From the NCBI GenBank assembly GCA_977030845.1, contig OZ365112.1:24862001-24926000 (forward strand): a stretch of 64,000 nt of DNA, written 5' to 3'. Under the pieces are notes generated by a model, which made no database searches, was not told where the DNA came from, and worked only from the letters and a program-made list of their open reading frames with translations. Below are positions 50,316 through 64,000 of the stretch, in pieces (the stretch's first letter is position 1; each line of letters starts with the position of its first letter). Source of the DNA: Fimbriosthenelais zetlandica (lineage: Eukaryota). Made by a program: the position numbers and the translations under genes.

Positions 50316-50549
50316 AGGCTACCGTTTGAAGGGAGCAGATCTCAATTTCTTAAATATTAATTTATTGTTCTAAATATTGTAAAGCTATCAGCTTGTTAGA
50401 ATATAAGTGACAATGTATGCTATCATAATGAAGGTGCATGTGAGTGTAAAATTGTGGACAGAATGGAAATGCATTCATGTATATCTTCCAATGTTATTAA
50501 AAGAAATAAACGTTAAAAACAACTTTCTATTGTCTGCCTATCTGGATCG

Positions 50550-51117
50550 AATCCATGTGATTTTGACCACGTGAATTCCACGTGGGAGGAATCATGTGTA
50601 TTTAGCTTGCATATATACCACCAAAGTAACATGTGGCCAGACCACATGGATTCCACGTGATTTTGCTCACGTGATATCGATGGGGAAAGATTTATGGGAA
50701 TTTAATGAAACATATACCACCAAAATATCTCGTGATTTCTAAGTGGCCAAAATCCTGAAAATTCCACGTGAATTGGACCATGTGATCTCCATGTGGTCAA
50801 GAACCTTTGGATTCCACGTGATTTTGGCCACATGATTTCAATGTAGAAAAATTCACGTCTATTTGATTTGCATATACCACCAACATTTCTTGTGATTTTC
50901 ATGTGTCAAGACCACATGAACACCACATAGGTTTGGCCACGTCATTCGAACCCAGCCAAAACATGTGGATAATATGTGGTTTTACAACGTGATTTTCACA
51001 TGACTTGGCCACGTGATTTCCACATGACAAAATCCACGTCTATTTGATTTGCATATACCACCAAAAAGGTAACGTGATTTTCCCTTCACCAATCAACGTG
51101 TATGCCACGTGATTCAA
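50550..51117. repeat. Right subterminal array, CACGTG/CACATG-rich
   Basis: About 8 CACGTG plus a repeated tttgatttgcatataccaccaa block (50607, 50710, 50862, 51041). Confidence 0.88.
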
Positions 51118-51136
51118 ACGTGCTGTGCCTGCTGGG

Positions 51137-51395
51137 AATTTTCTGGCGGCAATTAATGCACTTGCAGTTGATGACCTTGTAGACAAGATTCATGTGCAAG
51201 AATCACTGCAAGAATCACCAGGCAATGATCACTGGTAGGTATCCATTTAATGTACTAGGTCTTTTGAGATATCCACTAGATATTCATGACTTGCAATTCA
51301 TACCCATGTTTTCCAATGCCTTCCCACACAAGAGGGGACTTGGTTTAGAGATGCCCAGTCACCTAAATGGACCCAGGGGTATTGTCAGCCACATT
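51137..51395. repeat. Continuation of tandem-repeat copy 4 after the transposon
   Basis: aattttctggcggcaattaatgcacttgcag...gcaagaatcactgcaagaatcaccaggcaatgatc... is collinear with 44042-44300. Confidence 0.88.
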
Positions 51396-54300
51396 CTCTC
51401 ATAGGACCACGTCACGTCTTCTTGTATATGGTCCACAATTTTCAAAATGATTACCCTCAGATATATTCCTGAATACGTGCCTGGAGAGTGATAGAGAAAT
51501 AGAGGGATAGAGAGAGAAGTTGAGATAGTTGGTAGAAATACGTAAAGAACATTCTTCAGTGCACAATCTGCCATGTAATGACTACCACAGGCCTTTGCGA
51601 CCTAAACTTCATGACCTCAGCTTCCATCCTGGCCCTAAATGATCACTGTAATGGCTTTATTCCCCAATGTCCCCTTTCCTATTACAGACCTGGACGGAAT
51701 TTCGTGATTGAGTCCCCAAGATAATACTTCGCCAAATGAATAATGAATAACCCAAGTGACAAAGTTCATTCGGCATATTGGCTTGAGCCAAGAAAGTCAA
51801 GTGTTTATTTGACCTGAGAATGCAAAAGCAATCATGGGACTTGGATCTAACTCAATGGGTTGCCTAATGGATATGGTGAGAGCAACTCCTGCCAGGTAGA
51901 ATGAGTGGGATAACGAGGGGAGGGCCATAATGAAGGGCGCCAGGTATTGGCGTCCTGCAGCAGGCACAGTAAAGCCATTGTTCACAGGAGCTGAGGGCGT
52001 TACAGCCCTCTATAATGAGGCGGCCTTGCTTCTTTATCTTTTACCATTTCTTCTTGTTATTCACATGACAATCACACTCCATCCACTTAGTCGGTCACTT
52101 CTCCCCGGGAAGTCTGAATACGCAGGCAAATAGGGACGAAGAGCAATTTCTCACTTTTCCTGTAAATGACCTTTTTTGCAATTCACAAAGGTGCTACAGG
52201 CATGGAGGAATTACCCCATTAAAACAGTATTGGAAACTACAGTGGAGTTGCCAGGCATTGGAAGGCTCCCGAGGCTGCGACATTCAGAAGTAACATTTCC
52301 CCCTTGTCCTTTCACGGGAGTGAGCTTGTGATAACAAAAAATGGGTTTTAGTATTTGGTAGTCCATGGGCGATTAAAAAGCCGGTGTTATGAAAAAATGA
52401 AAAGTTTAATGCACAAGACACATGATTCTTTCAAAAGAGGCGATATTTTCTATAATAATATCTGTAAGGTATTGATAAAACAAGAGCCTATGCAGGTCTC
52501 ATAAAAAATGAGTGATGAGTAGAAAGTTTATAAGTGTTAGCAGAGAGACTATGGTGGTGTAGCCTGGTTCTACCAATCCATCATGAAGTACAGCGCATTA
52601 AGAGCTAAATCTCGGGAAGCTTAACTGGTTTTAAAAACTTACTGTCATACATTCTAAACTGTGTTATTGTTGTCCATAACTGATCTCTTGTCGCTAAAAA
52701 TGATGTCATTAATATTAGACACAGTTTTATACATGCATTACATGTCAAAAATAGTCATCGTCAGCGGAGCCTTCAATCCTCTATTGAGAAAAAGACAGAT
52801 AATGAAATATGAATCGATTGACTGCTTTTCCCCCATTGTTTGCTAGCGGTGAGCAAATGCAAAATGTCATTGAGCAATGGATGATTTGCTTATCTCTAAG
52901 TCAGCTGCATCCCCAAACACTTGTTACTGGGGAACACCTGCCTATAAGCTATCCTCTCTTGATGCCATCATCAATAACAGCATCGTCTATAAAAGATTGT
53001 CATGCGTGCCAATCCAATCTTCGACGTCCTGAGGGAAAAATGTGTTCTAAACGAAATTGATGGTAAGGAAATAAGCTTTAATATTTCACCTGTGCGACTG
53101 ATCGGTTGTTGAATATAGAGATTGTTTTACATAAACTATCAGGTATTGCTGAAGTCAGCCCCTATAATTTATACCATAGGGAGTGAACAATTCCTCTCAG
53201 GTCCTTATCGTGACCCGGGGGAAGATTTTTGACTCTTGATGTTTGTAACTGATGTGAATATTCATCTCATGGCTGGGGAATACATTATCAATGTCTGCCT
53301 TATCGCCTATTCAGACAAGGCAAAGCCAGCAGTCATTACACAATGTCTTTTATGAATATAATACAAGGTCGACCACGGTGTTTTTGCAACGAGCAGGTGC
53401 TTTGGTCACATATATTTATATTTTCACTTGTTTAATATTGTATATGGAAGCCACAGGCGACAGTTTGCCCCAGAGAAGCCAATTACTGGTGTATATATAC
53501 AGAAGTATATGTAACAATCATACGGAAAACGTGAAAGTGCAGTCTTTCACGAAGCTCCATTTACAGGCTTTTTTCTGCAGGCATCAAAACTGCTTTTTAA
53601 TAGCCATTGTTGAGGGGCGTCCCAACTTCCTAATATACAGGTAGAATGCACGTATATGTTGTCCGTAGCATTTTTTTTATCCATATGCGGTGAGTTTGGA
53701 TATAACTCTACAATAGTTCATGCCCAATATTTTCTTTGAATATTGCCATTTACAAACAGGATTCCAAACTCAATTACATTGCAATTAAAATTCATTTCCG
53801 AAACAATAAAATCGGATTCAGGAAAGATTCAAGATTATGATTGCCAGAACCTTCTCAGGGGACTCGTTCCTATTCATTTTGGCTGATGTGTGAAATCACA
53901 TTTGGACGTTCGTTTTCACCAATTTCTCTGATAAACATGGTGAGGTTAAAAAAAACGAGAGCAAAGAGTCCAAAATCTGGGACATGTAACGTTCCCCAAA
54001 CAAGTTATTTCCACAGATCTAATAACATTAAGAATCTTCAACAATATTATGACTGTATAGAAAGTGATGGAACTATCATTAATCCAAGAACAAAACCATT
54101 GTAATTGTGTACCTTCTCTAGAATACTGTCTCTTTTAAACGTAAGTGCAACTGGAGAGCCAGTCCTATTGTGAATAATGAGTCCCATCAATGAAGGAGCT
54201 GGCATTAAGATTTCCTACTGCTCTACCGCAACCAGCAGAAAATTAACACAATGAAGATGATTAACCTCATTTTTGGGATATCTAACGGCTCTTGGCTAGT

Positions 54301-57300
54301 CTACAGGCTTCTGACCCTTTTGGAGACAGAAAGACAATGATGGGAAGGAAACCATGCAGATGCAGAGGCCGGAAGTCCTTTCCCTTCCTTCCGGGAAGAA
54401 GACGTTATTCATGAAAGGTAAGAATTAAAGGCCTCTTGAACATGAATGCTCAAAGGATACCTCTTGGAGAAAAGACTAGGAAAAGCTTCCGCCTCGAGGG
54501 ATAAATTTTAGAGGAAAGACCAGGAAAAGTGATTACCAAGACCTTGTAAAGTTTAGACATGAACCTGCTCAGGGGCATCCTGGGCGAGGGAGGCCTATAC
54601 ATGGATCTTGAAGCAAGAGCATCTCCTGTTCCTTCCTCTCCGTGCATCCCTGCAGGCCTATCAGTGCTCATCATTACAACATCCAGGTTTGACTTCCATC
54701 CGGTAAACCAAGAGATGCCTGCTCTACACCGACTCGTCATGAGCGAGGCTCTCGGGAGCTGCTCACAGTCTTTTCTTGCCGTTTCCAAGAATCCTGTTGT
54801 CTGCAGGTGATACGGTCTAAAACCATGGTCCCATTCCCAGCCCACCTCAAGTCATCCATCTCCATGCCGGATATGACAGTGTCTCAAAGCACATGGCCCA
54901 GCTTCTAGCACTGACTGATTGTCAGAGCTAAGCATAACGCTTGACATTATCATCTTTCATGCTGCATTTCCCGCAAATGTTGACTTTACATACTCATCTT
55001 ACATTAGACAGACCTTGATTAACTGACGACATGGAGCCAAAGTGCACAATCCTTTATCCGGTTACATGGTGATTGCATTGTCTCAGCGATATTGATATAA
55101 GCCAGTAGTGTATAGGATGTCTTACAATTTGTATCGTTTTTTTTTCTAATATCTCTCTCAAATGCATCCAAGTCATCTAGGGGCATTTCTTATATGATAA
55201 TCCTCAAAGAAATGCCTTCGGAGATAATACTTGTTTAGAACTTAAGAGCGTCTTCTTTAAGGAAGGGGAAAAAAGGGTCAAGTGAGTGTTCAAATAAGCT
55301 GACGCAGGGATGTATAGGAACAAAACATACTCATATAACAGTCCCCAAGGATATCTAGTGGAGCTATAGAAACAAATCCTATTCAGAACCGCAAGATATT
55401 ACGCCTTCCAAATAGGAAAATAATTTCAATCAAACCGCACTTCAAATATTCATTAGTTGCCAATGGCCGGATCAATCCATCTGTCCCACCTCCCAGTGAA
55501 GGAAATGGCTCCCTCTTTCCAGTTCAACAACAGGATGCACTCCGTAAAGAACACAGAAGCCCTTTAGCAAAAGTCAGGAGACTCCTTTATAAACAACCAA
55601 ATGTATACACTCTGCCAACTCGTATGCAGATTGGTGGTACTGCGAAAGCCTCCCAGCAGAACCACCGTGAACACAAGGTGTCGCAGAGTATAGCATCTAT
55701 CTTTCGCGTTGTTTATAAGGAAATTAAGCAGACTCATTATGACTGGGTAATTACCGCCTGATGAGGGTGGTAATGATGTTTTCAGGAAAAGTGAACACCG
55801 TCATAAATATTTTCTCGGGGTGCTTACATGACATGATTGATGATTAGATCGGTGTGTGGTCTTTCTCAAAGGAAGAATCGTTTTTTTTGGTCAAGAAACG
55901 GATCCTATAAGGACAGGGCCTAAGCAAGACTGAGCAACATTGACAGTTAAAGAAGAATGTGAAGAAGATCAATGATTGCCCTCACACATTCCCTCTGAAT
56001 GTTAGCACCTAACTGTCATGTTTCCATATGTCGACTCACGCTAAAACTCATGTATAGGCAGAATACCGGGAGCCTGTTTCAAAAGGAATATTAACAATGC
56101 TACGTCTATGGCTAATATATTCATTTCGAAACGGGCTCCAGGATCAATTGAGATGTCTCAATTGACGGGCTTCACTATCACATGTTTGCGGTCATACTGA
56201 CAATGAGTTAATGCTCCTCATGAACACTATTCTTCATGCCAATCACGTACACCTGTTAAATGGGAGCCATGCATGTGACAGCTGCATTAGGGTGAGCTGT
56301 GTATATTAAAGGTCATTTACATTTGTACGGCCCATACCCATTAGGACTTGACAACTGGTCAAATCAAATCGTCCATGACATGCACAAATGTATAGACATC
56401 CTATTAGTGTACCCCAGCTTTGTGCTACATTTTCAGTTCAGAAGTTCCTTAAACCCTAGTTAGGACTTTGGGAGAATTGCTCATTAGAAGAGTGAATAAG
56501 ATCTTCTCATGTTTTCTCCAGGTCACGACCCGGTCCTCGATCTACAGAGGTTAACGACTGATCTCATACAAGCTTCCGGGATACCATCCCATTTCTAGGA
56601 AGCGTCATCTTCCATCAACTTGAGGATGAAGTGGCGCTGTTCTTGGGTTTAAGGTTGATTAAACATTTCACATGGGTTAAGCTCAATAGATCCTTAGCGA
56701 TCCAAGGGCAAGTCAAATGTAATCAGTGTCAGTGATCAATGACAGTGGTGAGATCTTGGGATTCTGTCTGCAGAGATGTTAACATTAAACACAAAACAAT
56801 GGTCTGAAATCATGTTCTTGTATTATGAAGAGGGCGATGGAAATATTATATAAGCAAATCGCGTCATAATTATAGAGAGGGAACACTTAGAATGACCTCT
56901 TCAACATCCGATTGCAATAAACATGCGTCATCTTTCACATAACAACTACGTCACTAATCACCGGAGGAGTAGGATTTATATAATTATGATAATTACATTA
57001 ACAGGTGAGATATCATTTTGCTGATGTTCACCTATGTATACACTGGTTGTGCAAACCTAATTATTGTAACATCTGCTCTCTCATAACCGAAAGATGGAGC
57101 GTTGTTTTTCATAGGCTGTATCATTTCAATATTTGAGAATTATGGAAGCTGATTTAGGCAGTTTCAGCGAATTGGTCTTATCAGGTGTGAGGATTTAATT
57201 AGAGAATGAATTGGCCAGAGGCAAAAAGAACCCAGCCATTTGCCATTTCAAATTACTTGCCTGATTATGTTTTTTCTGCCTTTCCAACCTGGGATCGCAT

Positions 57301-60300
57301 GGGATGCAGAACCTTGAGGAATCAGGGAAGGCTCGAGCAAGGCAGGATCAGCTTCAGGGCCTTGGCACAATATGTGGCAAATAAAAGCAGATCTGACATA
57401 GGAATCTACAATACCACGACTGCTCATGGCGAGGATGCAGGGGAAAGCAGCCAGGTTAAATGTTATCTCACCAGCAAACAAGTCCATCTTCAAATTGCAG
57501 CAACTCTTTAAGCCCTCCTGATGAGGAAAAATACTGACAGGTTCTCGGTGAAAGGTGAAGTGGGGCTGTTGATTAGTGAGATTTACTTTTTGAGTGTGCC
57601 GCAACAAGGTACATGAGGAAAAAGAGGTGACGCACCTTTCTTACATGAAGACAGTTATCCAGGGAAAAGAGCAGAAGCTCATGCAACATCTCTGGCACTA
57701 TGAAAGATGGGTTGCTCAGATTAATGTTTGTCTCTGTCTGTCAGAGACCCACGATATCCACTAAACGTAATTCAGTCAGAGATATTTTGCAACTGTAGCC
57801 ATTCACATTTCAGACCTACACAGTTAGATTTTGATGATGTTGGGCCTAGTTATACCTTCAGATAAAATCAATACGAAAAAAATCGAAGAGCTTCTCGACT
57901 CAAAAGAACTGTTTCCACAGGAAACAGACTTGACAGAGAAAAAGACAAATGCACCAGGATATTTTCCCATTTGTTTCTAGACACTATAGGGCAGGCATCT
58001 TGAGTTGCAAAGAATGATGGCGGCAGCAGGAACAGCTGTAAAGCTCTAGCTGGAGCTTTGGTGGCTCAATAGCCAACGAGATTAACCGGTTGATCAAACA
58101 CCTGTAATTAGTAAGCACTTGATCGGCCGGTAATTAGTAATCTGCCAAGGGTGGGAAATTTGAACCTCCAGCACTTGGTGGAGTGAGAGGTATAGATCGG
58201 GGGATATCATGGCACCACATCTTGACTAGGATCGATCCTCCGATACATGTTAATTGGAATTAATTAAAGGCGAACCCTTCAATAAAATGTGTTGAGATAG
58301 TGCTAATCAATATGAAGTAACCCTAACATCACTTCAGTTCACTGATATTATATACAAAGTATTTTAATTTCGTTGCTAATAACTACGTTGCTTGGTATGT
58401 ATACACCGGTGAAATCATTTCCCTTTGATAGAATGATTAAGAAGTCTGTAGCAGCAGTCCTGATCTAATTGGACTGGCAGGAAAGCAGAAGGAGATTTTT
58501 CTGATGGCACTTTTAAATTTGCTTTAGAATTTCATTGTCAGGTTTTAGGAATTTAAGGGGAGACCCTTCAACACTTAACATCATCAGAAGAATGGGCGTA
58601 AGGCCATCCATCTCAGTATTTTAATTTCAACCAATGAATTAAATAAATCAAGGGACAATATCTATGAGTTTCAGGAAGAGGGGCGAGGAACAGGTTTCCA
58701 TTATAAGAAGCAATCACTTATTGCCTTGGAATTGCTTTTCTTCGAATTTCTTGTCATTCATGGGCCAAGTGCCAATTTGCAGGAAGCCCTACATGTTTGG
58801 CCAATGATTGTATTCAGGCAAAGTGGATTCAATGTTAAAGTGTTTTTTGGCCAACAACTGGTAAAAGCCTGAGAGAAGTCAATGAAAAGTCACACAAATG
58901 CAACATTCAAGGGAAGCTTGATAGTGAGGCAACTCAGACGAGGTAAATGCCATAAAAACACAACAAAACTAAAAGCACCGAGTCAGCAAAGAGGGCAGCT
59001 GATGCAGGAACAGAAGCACCATGGCAGCAAATATCCACTATGTTTGCATTTTTTGACATGAGGACTATAGATACTTCCGGGTAGGCTACAAAATGACAAA
59101 GAAACACTTGGGGAGGGTGTTGTGGATAATTGTAGAACGTTGAACGTATATGGGAAAGAGGTGGGGAAAGTCCCATGGTCTGTCATTGTCATTCATTTGA
59201 TGGGGTTTGCTGAGACTGGGGAGGAATAAGGAATGATCCTTTGACATCTGGGTCAATATTCTGTCTCATCAAAACTGGATTCTGCTCTGTGCAGGAATAT
59301 TGTCCACGGGAAAGTTCTGTGTTCAAATATCCAGAAGTGCGTGATAAAATGCGGCGAGAGCTTTGGGAGCGTGAATGGAAAATAGGGTTTTTACATAAAT
59401 ATATTAATAATAGTGATACTCAGCTATACTAGAATTGGTATTAGTAATATTATAGTAGGTCACAGACAGGTTTTTGCCAGTAGAAACGTAGTAAAACGGT
59501 GGATCAATGAGTCAATAAAACATCTAGAATACTACGTGATATTCATTACAAACTGCTTCAACTGACTCTCCCAGTCCCCTTAACAGCCTGGCGACTCTAG
59601 CCAAGCATGTTTATTTTACATTTCCATGTAAAATATGATATATTTAACGAGGTATTCCCTTGGGGGTGAACCGAGATGTCAATGTAAAAGGAGCCAGAGT
59701 ATACAGGAAATCACACTGCCTGAAGACGATCTAAATATAGCAGGAAAGAGCATCTATTTCCTCCTTGCCCAGTCCCATGGCCACCATTGACAAGTTACTC
59801 ATTAGATGAGTGGGAGGTGGAGGAGGAGTGGGAAAGTAGCCAAGTATTTCTATAGGCTGGTTCTAACCTATCACAGGGACTACTGAAGCATGCTTAATAG
59901 GAGCTCAAGTGATATAGATCTTCTCCTCCTTCAAGGCTGCTGCACCTAGCGTCTAGATGCACTAGGGATTAACCCTAATTATGGCCAATAAGATGCCAAG
60001 GTAAGTATAATGGACTTGGTCAATAAATGCCTTGTCAAATCAAGGGCTCGTCCCATGAAATAAAGCCATTCAAAATATTGTTCAGATTTCAGCTTTAATT
60101 CCCTTAAATAAACACCGGAGCCAGTGTCAGAGGACAATATCCACCTCCCGAGAACAGACTGGCAGTACCAATATACGTACCTTTAGAGAGTAACCTTCCC
60201 TGTAAGCGAACAACAAATCACTGGGCCGTCCAGGATCTTCATTCGATTACCCATACAGGCATCCAATGTATCCCAATTTTCCCTAATATTATTGATATAA

Positions 60301-60708
60301 AGGCAGCCTTGTCCATCCGCTACATAATGTAATAGAAGTGACAGGCCTGATGGCTCAGCAGGCAGCATCCCATGTCATCTACACACATGTATACTGTTTC
60401 GCTCTTTCTCTATCACAATACCCATTCACACACAGAAACTAACTCACACACACAGGGCCCCATGCAGCTCATGTCTGTTTGTAAAACCTCTATTAAGAGA
60501 GAGGCCATGTGTCTGCTTTCCCAGCGACCTGTTCAGCATCACAGTGTGCATGCCTGATGAACACCTCACAGTCCAAGCACATGATCATGAACTCTCTACA
60601 TCAATTCAAGGCTGAAGGGACAGGGTCCATATTGGTATGTATAAAGTCCATATTGCAGTTGTTTGGCAAGAGATAAAACGAAACTACAAGGTGACATACA
60701 TTGTACAT

Positions 60709-61024
60709 CATTCAGGGGTGTAGCCAGGCTCATCCATCACATCACCCACATATGACCATACCCATATAACTCTATTCATCCCTAAATAAAATAAATGACA
60801 TATATTTGTAGATTTTAAGAAAGCGTTAGACACTCACCATCAGGACAAACCTTTGAGCAAAACACTGATAATACTAGCTTGGCAGACACCTCTTTAAATT
60901 GGCTCTTACGCTATACATGTATGAAGTCTTAGATACAAATTCTTTGCTAATGACACCTTAATTCTCTGAATCAATGGACATTTGTACTGGGGTCCCACAG
61001 GGTATGATAGTAAGACCATTACTG
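60709..61024 (+). mobile_element. Decayed non-LTR retrotransposon reverse-transcriptase fragment (CR1/L2-like)
   Basis: Ordered RT motifs HSGV*PGSSI (~QSGFRPGHST), IFVDFKKALDTHH (~FLDFKKAFDTVDH), LNWLLRY and SESMDICTGVPQGMIVRPLL (~GVPQGSVLGPLL), with stops and frameshifts. Confidence 0.8.
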
Positions 61025-64000
61025 TGCCATGAATGGCATACAGGCAGCTAAAAGATTTAGCAACTAAAAAATAATAGAATCTACAGATGGGTCTACGTGA
61101 TCCAAGAGAAAGCCTGAGGGAATATCACGTCATCCTTCTTCATATCCTATTATTGCAGAAGTGTCATTTGTAGAAAAAATATCAGCGAAAAAGAACAAAG
61201 AAGGAGCGCAATGTATTTTGCATGACGGTAGAGCCTGGTGGCAAGAACTGCAGAGCTGTAACCCTTCATTATAGTTAGACTTTGGATGGTGGAGGAAAAA
61301 GGAATGAGGGATGGGGGAGTGAGGAGAAGGGATATTGAGATAGGGTTAGAGAGGGAGAAGAAGAGAGAAGATGGTTTAACATGATCATGCAATGTCACTT
61401 GGAAGGAGATCAAAGAAGCCCGAGTTTGTCTGATCTTCCAGTGACACACATAGCAATGTAATTGATCAGAAGGTGATGAAAATGAGAAGCGTGATGAAAA
61501 GCAACACTTCTGTAAATGGCATGACCAACATCCATTCTTCAAGTTTTATATTAAACCAGGGTTCTCTATATAGCTTTGTCTTTATCTTTTTGAAGTCAAC
61601 CCGAAACAGGGATGAAGAGTTATTAGGTGCTCTATTTCAGAAGGATGGCTTTAGATTTGGATGTTTTATGAGACATTTTTCATTTCAAGGAGATATTTTT
61701 CATTTATCACCGATATTAAATCATAATTCCCCTCGAGTGGTGCTCCTAGGATATTCCAATATCAGTATTAGGTCCAATATTATTACTCTACTGAGTGTAC
61801 TATAAGGATGTAATACCACTTTAATGATTGAATTTCCTCCCTGGCCTCACACTTAGAAGAGAACATAACGAAACTATACTGGACATTTTGAGCCAGTATT
61901 TTAGAAGAGGGAAGCTCAAATACAAGTTTATAAATGTATTATAAGGGTCAAAAGGGAGTTAGCCATCACCTTTCTGATATATAATGCAATGGTTTTGCTT
62001 GGACAGCAAAATATAAAAAAGACTTTTCCCAATATTGCTGACAGGAACAGAGGAGCAAGCATGCAGGAAATAAAAATATCAGGTGATTTATATCTCTCCC
62101 GCCTTTCTGCCATCCCTAAATCATTTATAACAAACATATGATGACTTGCCATGGTTGGGTCATGGAAACGAAATATGAAATAACAGAGATGTACAATGGG
62201 ATAGTTAATAAGATGAACGATCGTTGAAGTTTCATCATCCACTGTCATCAGATATGTTGGTATCCTTGCCTTATTTCATGAGGATGTGGATATTTTAATA
62301 ACAAAGTTTTATAACCTCTGAAAATTCCACTGGATATGATAAAAGACACTGTCCTCTCATATATGAAGATGCAAATCATGGTGAAAACTGCGCGGAGTCA
62401 CGACAAGCATTGAGAACCACCTGTATTCTACGCATCCAACTAAATTGCTTTAAGAATACAGAGAAGTTGAATGAGAAGTAATTTTCACCATATCATATTA
62501 AATCATAAGGCAGGCTAAACAAATTACAAGGTAAGCATAATGAATGAGAATAGAGCATTAACGAAGCAATTCACTTTACAGACTTCATATCTGTGGCATA
62601 TCTCCAATTTAAACTCATTATTTAAATCATTCACAATCATGCAACATTCAGAGACTGCCTTTACGATGACTGACGCAATTTATGTCCACCATTTTTTATC
62701 ATTCAGACAGTAATGACTATTTAGCAACCACCTGGGAGGCACCGATGTCTATTTCGGGAAACGGAGGACTTATGGAATAGTCACAGAAATATTTTAAGCG
62801 CATATTCTGTGGTTCCCAGAGAGACACTTAATGAATTGGCCACGTTAGATCATCCAGTAAAGGCCACATTTAGGTCAATGTTATTTCAGAGCATCTAATT
62901 ACAAAATAGAGAAAGATCAATGCCTTGGGACCTTGGAAATATTCTTGGAGATGCTCTTAGAAGTCCCATCTCATGGCAAAGGATATTGCTTTATCGTGAG
63001 GAAAAAATGAAGAACTCTAAATAGAATAATTGGCTACACTTGGAGGTAAAAGTTTACACTGAGCGTACACATAATTAAGTCATTAAGGGACTCGGTTTTC
63101 GTGACAACGGTGTCTTAATGACATTTCCCCCCGCTTAATCCAGGCTTTGCAATGCAAGCTCTCATCAAAGAATGCTCGTATAATAGAAAAGTTTTATCAG
63201 AAAAACGTGGATGGTTTGTGAAGGGTGGTTATTCAACAACGTGGGTGAAATTCCCACCATGTGAAGAGCTATCCTCTCACTCTTTTTTCTCCCAGGACTG
63301 CGACAAGGTCTCTCGAGAGGCACGTGCTTGAATGACAATGGACGAAAAGTCCATATAAGTTAATGTGGTAATTTCCAAGATGATTTCCAATTAGGAGCTG
63401 CAAGTCTTAATTTCTCCTATCGAAAGTGTGTTGGCAGCAATTAAAATCTGACAGAGAGCTGAACAGACCTCTCGTAATAGAAATATTTGGATCTTCTAGT
63501 ACGGGGTGACATGCTAGGATATTAAAAATCCACATCCACAAACAGAAAAACTGCCAGACTGCAGAGCCATGAGGACTCAATCTGTGCATGTCTTTATGCA
63601 TGATCCAGGGCTAAAGCAATGGAGAAGCAGCACACTATTAACTAACCAATATTGATATCTATTGGAAATTATATCACGCTTATTTTGAGCGGGTGCCTGG
63701 GTCCCAAATTGTAAACTACATTGTATATCCAATTATCCTATAATGTACAAACAAGCTCAGGCCATACCTTGTCATACCTTTGATAGAGTTGGGTAATCTC
63801 TCTGCAGGGCAAGAGTAGAACAGGGCCCCCATGCATAAAATCATGTGGAATAGGCAATTAGGCAAGAGCTACCAGAGACCCGAGTTGGTCTCTAATGAAT
63901 TTCCATGTTATGAGAACTGAAGAGTGAGTTTCACCAGCGGATAATGAGGCCATAATAAAGTTCTTCCACATCAAGGACGGTGCTGCTTTATTCTTTGTCA

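Larger units (their letters stand above)
44680..51136. mobile_element. CMC/EnSpm (CACTA-superfamily)-type DNA transposon, non-autonomous or decayed, 6457 bp
   Basis: TIRs CCCAGC(G/A)GGCACAGCACGT at 44680-44698 and 51118-51136 (19 bp, 1 mismatch); termini fit the CMCWR consensus; 2-bp TSD AA on both sides; paralogous empty site at 44042-44043; long subterminal repeat arrays; no intact transposase ORF. Confidence 0.85.

Noticed and set aside
52553-52580. tRNA/SINE A-box-like TGGTGTAGCCTGG
   Set aside because: No B-box or cloverleaf follows.
54450-54845. 131-aa minus and 83-aa plus overlapping ORFs
   Set aside because: No convincing splice sites or family motifs; GC-richer patch, more likely regulatory.
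55370-55762. About 130-codon stop-free plus frame
   Set aside because: A few such frames are expected by chance in 64 kb over six frames; no homology or firm splice pair.
58934-59085. Minus-strand terminal-exon candidate ending in a GPI/TM-like hydrophobic tail
   Set aside because: The acceptor is good, but the hydrophobic end comes from a T-rich tract and no credible upstream exon was found.
60183-60368. Minus-strand ORF (DGQGCLYINNIRENWDTLDACM...)
   Set aside because: Protein-like by eye, but the best donor lies after the stop codon and there is no recognisable family.
60838-60864. 27-nt minus-strand microexon (FCSKVCPD) with a GTGAGT donor
   Set aside because: It coincides with the antisense of the LINE RT motif KKALDTHH, which explains the sequence better.

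Overview
Eukaryotic (animal-like, roughly 40% GC by eye) genomic DNA with spliceosomal introns; species not determinable. No rRNA, tRNA or CRISPR was found. (1) A complete six-coding-exon minus-strand TMEM151-family gene lies at 36865->32134 (734 aa); its first 450 aa are a low-complexity extension with six PPxY motifs, and the protein stops right after the conserved KLxG end of the family domain. (2) A second minus-strand gene is unidentified: a first coding exon at 27461-27353 joins in phase to a G/S/A/M/P-rich exon at 7733-7452 across a 19.6-kb intron that holds 12 perfect T(T/G)ACGT(A/C)A bZIP sites; the rest of the gene probably lies left of the window. (3) A candidate plus-strand first coding exon sits at 3839-3918. 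(4) A 6457-bp CMC/EnSpm(CACTA)-type DNA transposon spans 44680-51136, with 19-bp TIRs, a 2-bp AA TSD confirmed by a paralogous empty site at 44042, CACGTG-rich subterminal arrays and decayed internal coding relics. (5) Other repeats: a CGCG-rich 20-bp minisatellite with a duplicated tail, a decayed CR1/L2-like RT fragment, microsatellites and hairpins. All calls were made by hand; protein-family matches rest on recalled sequences, not database searches.
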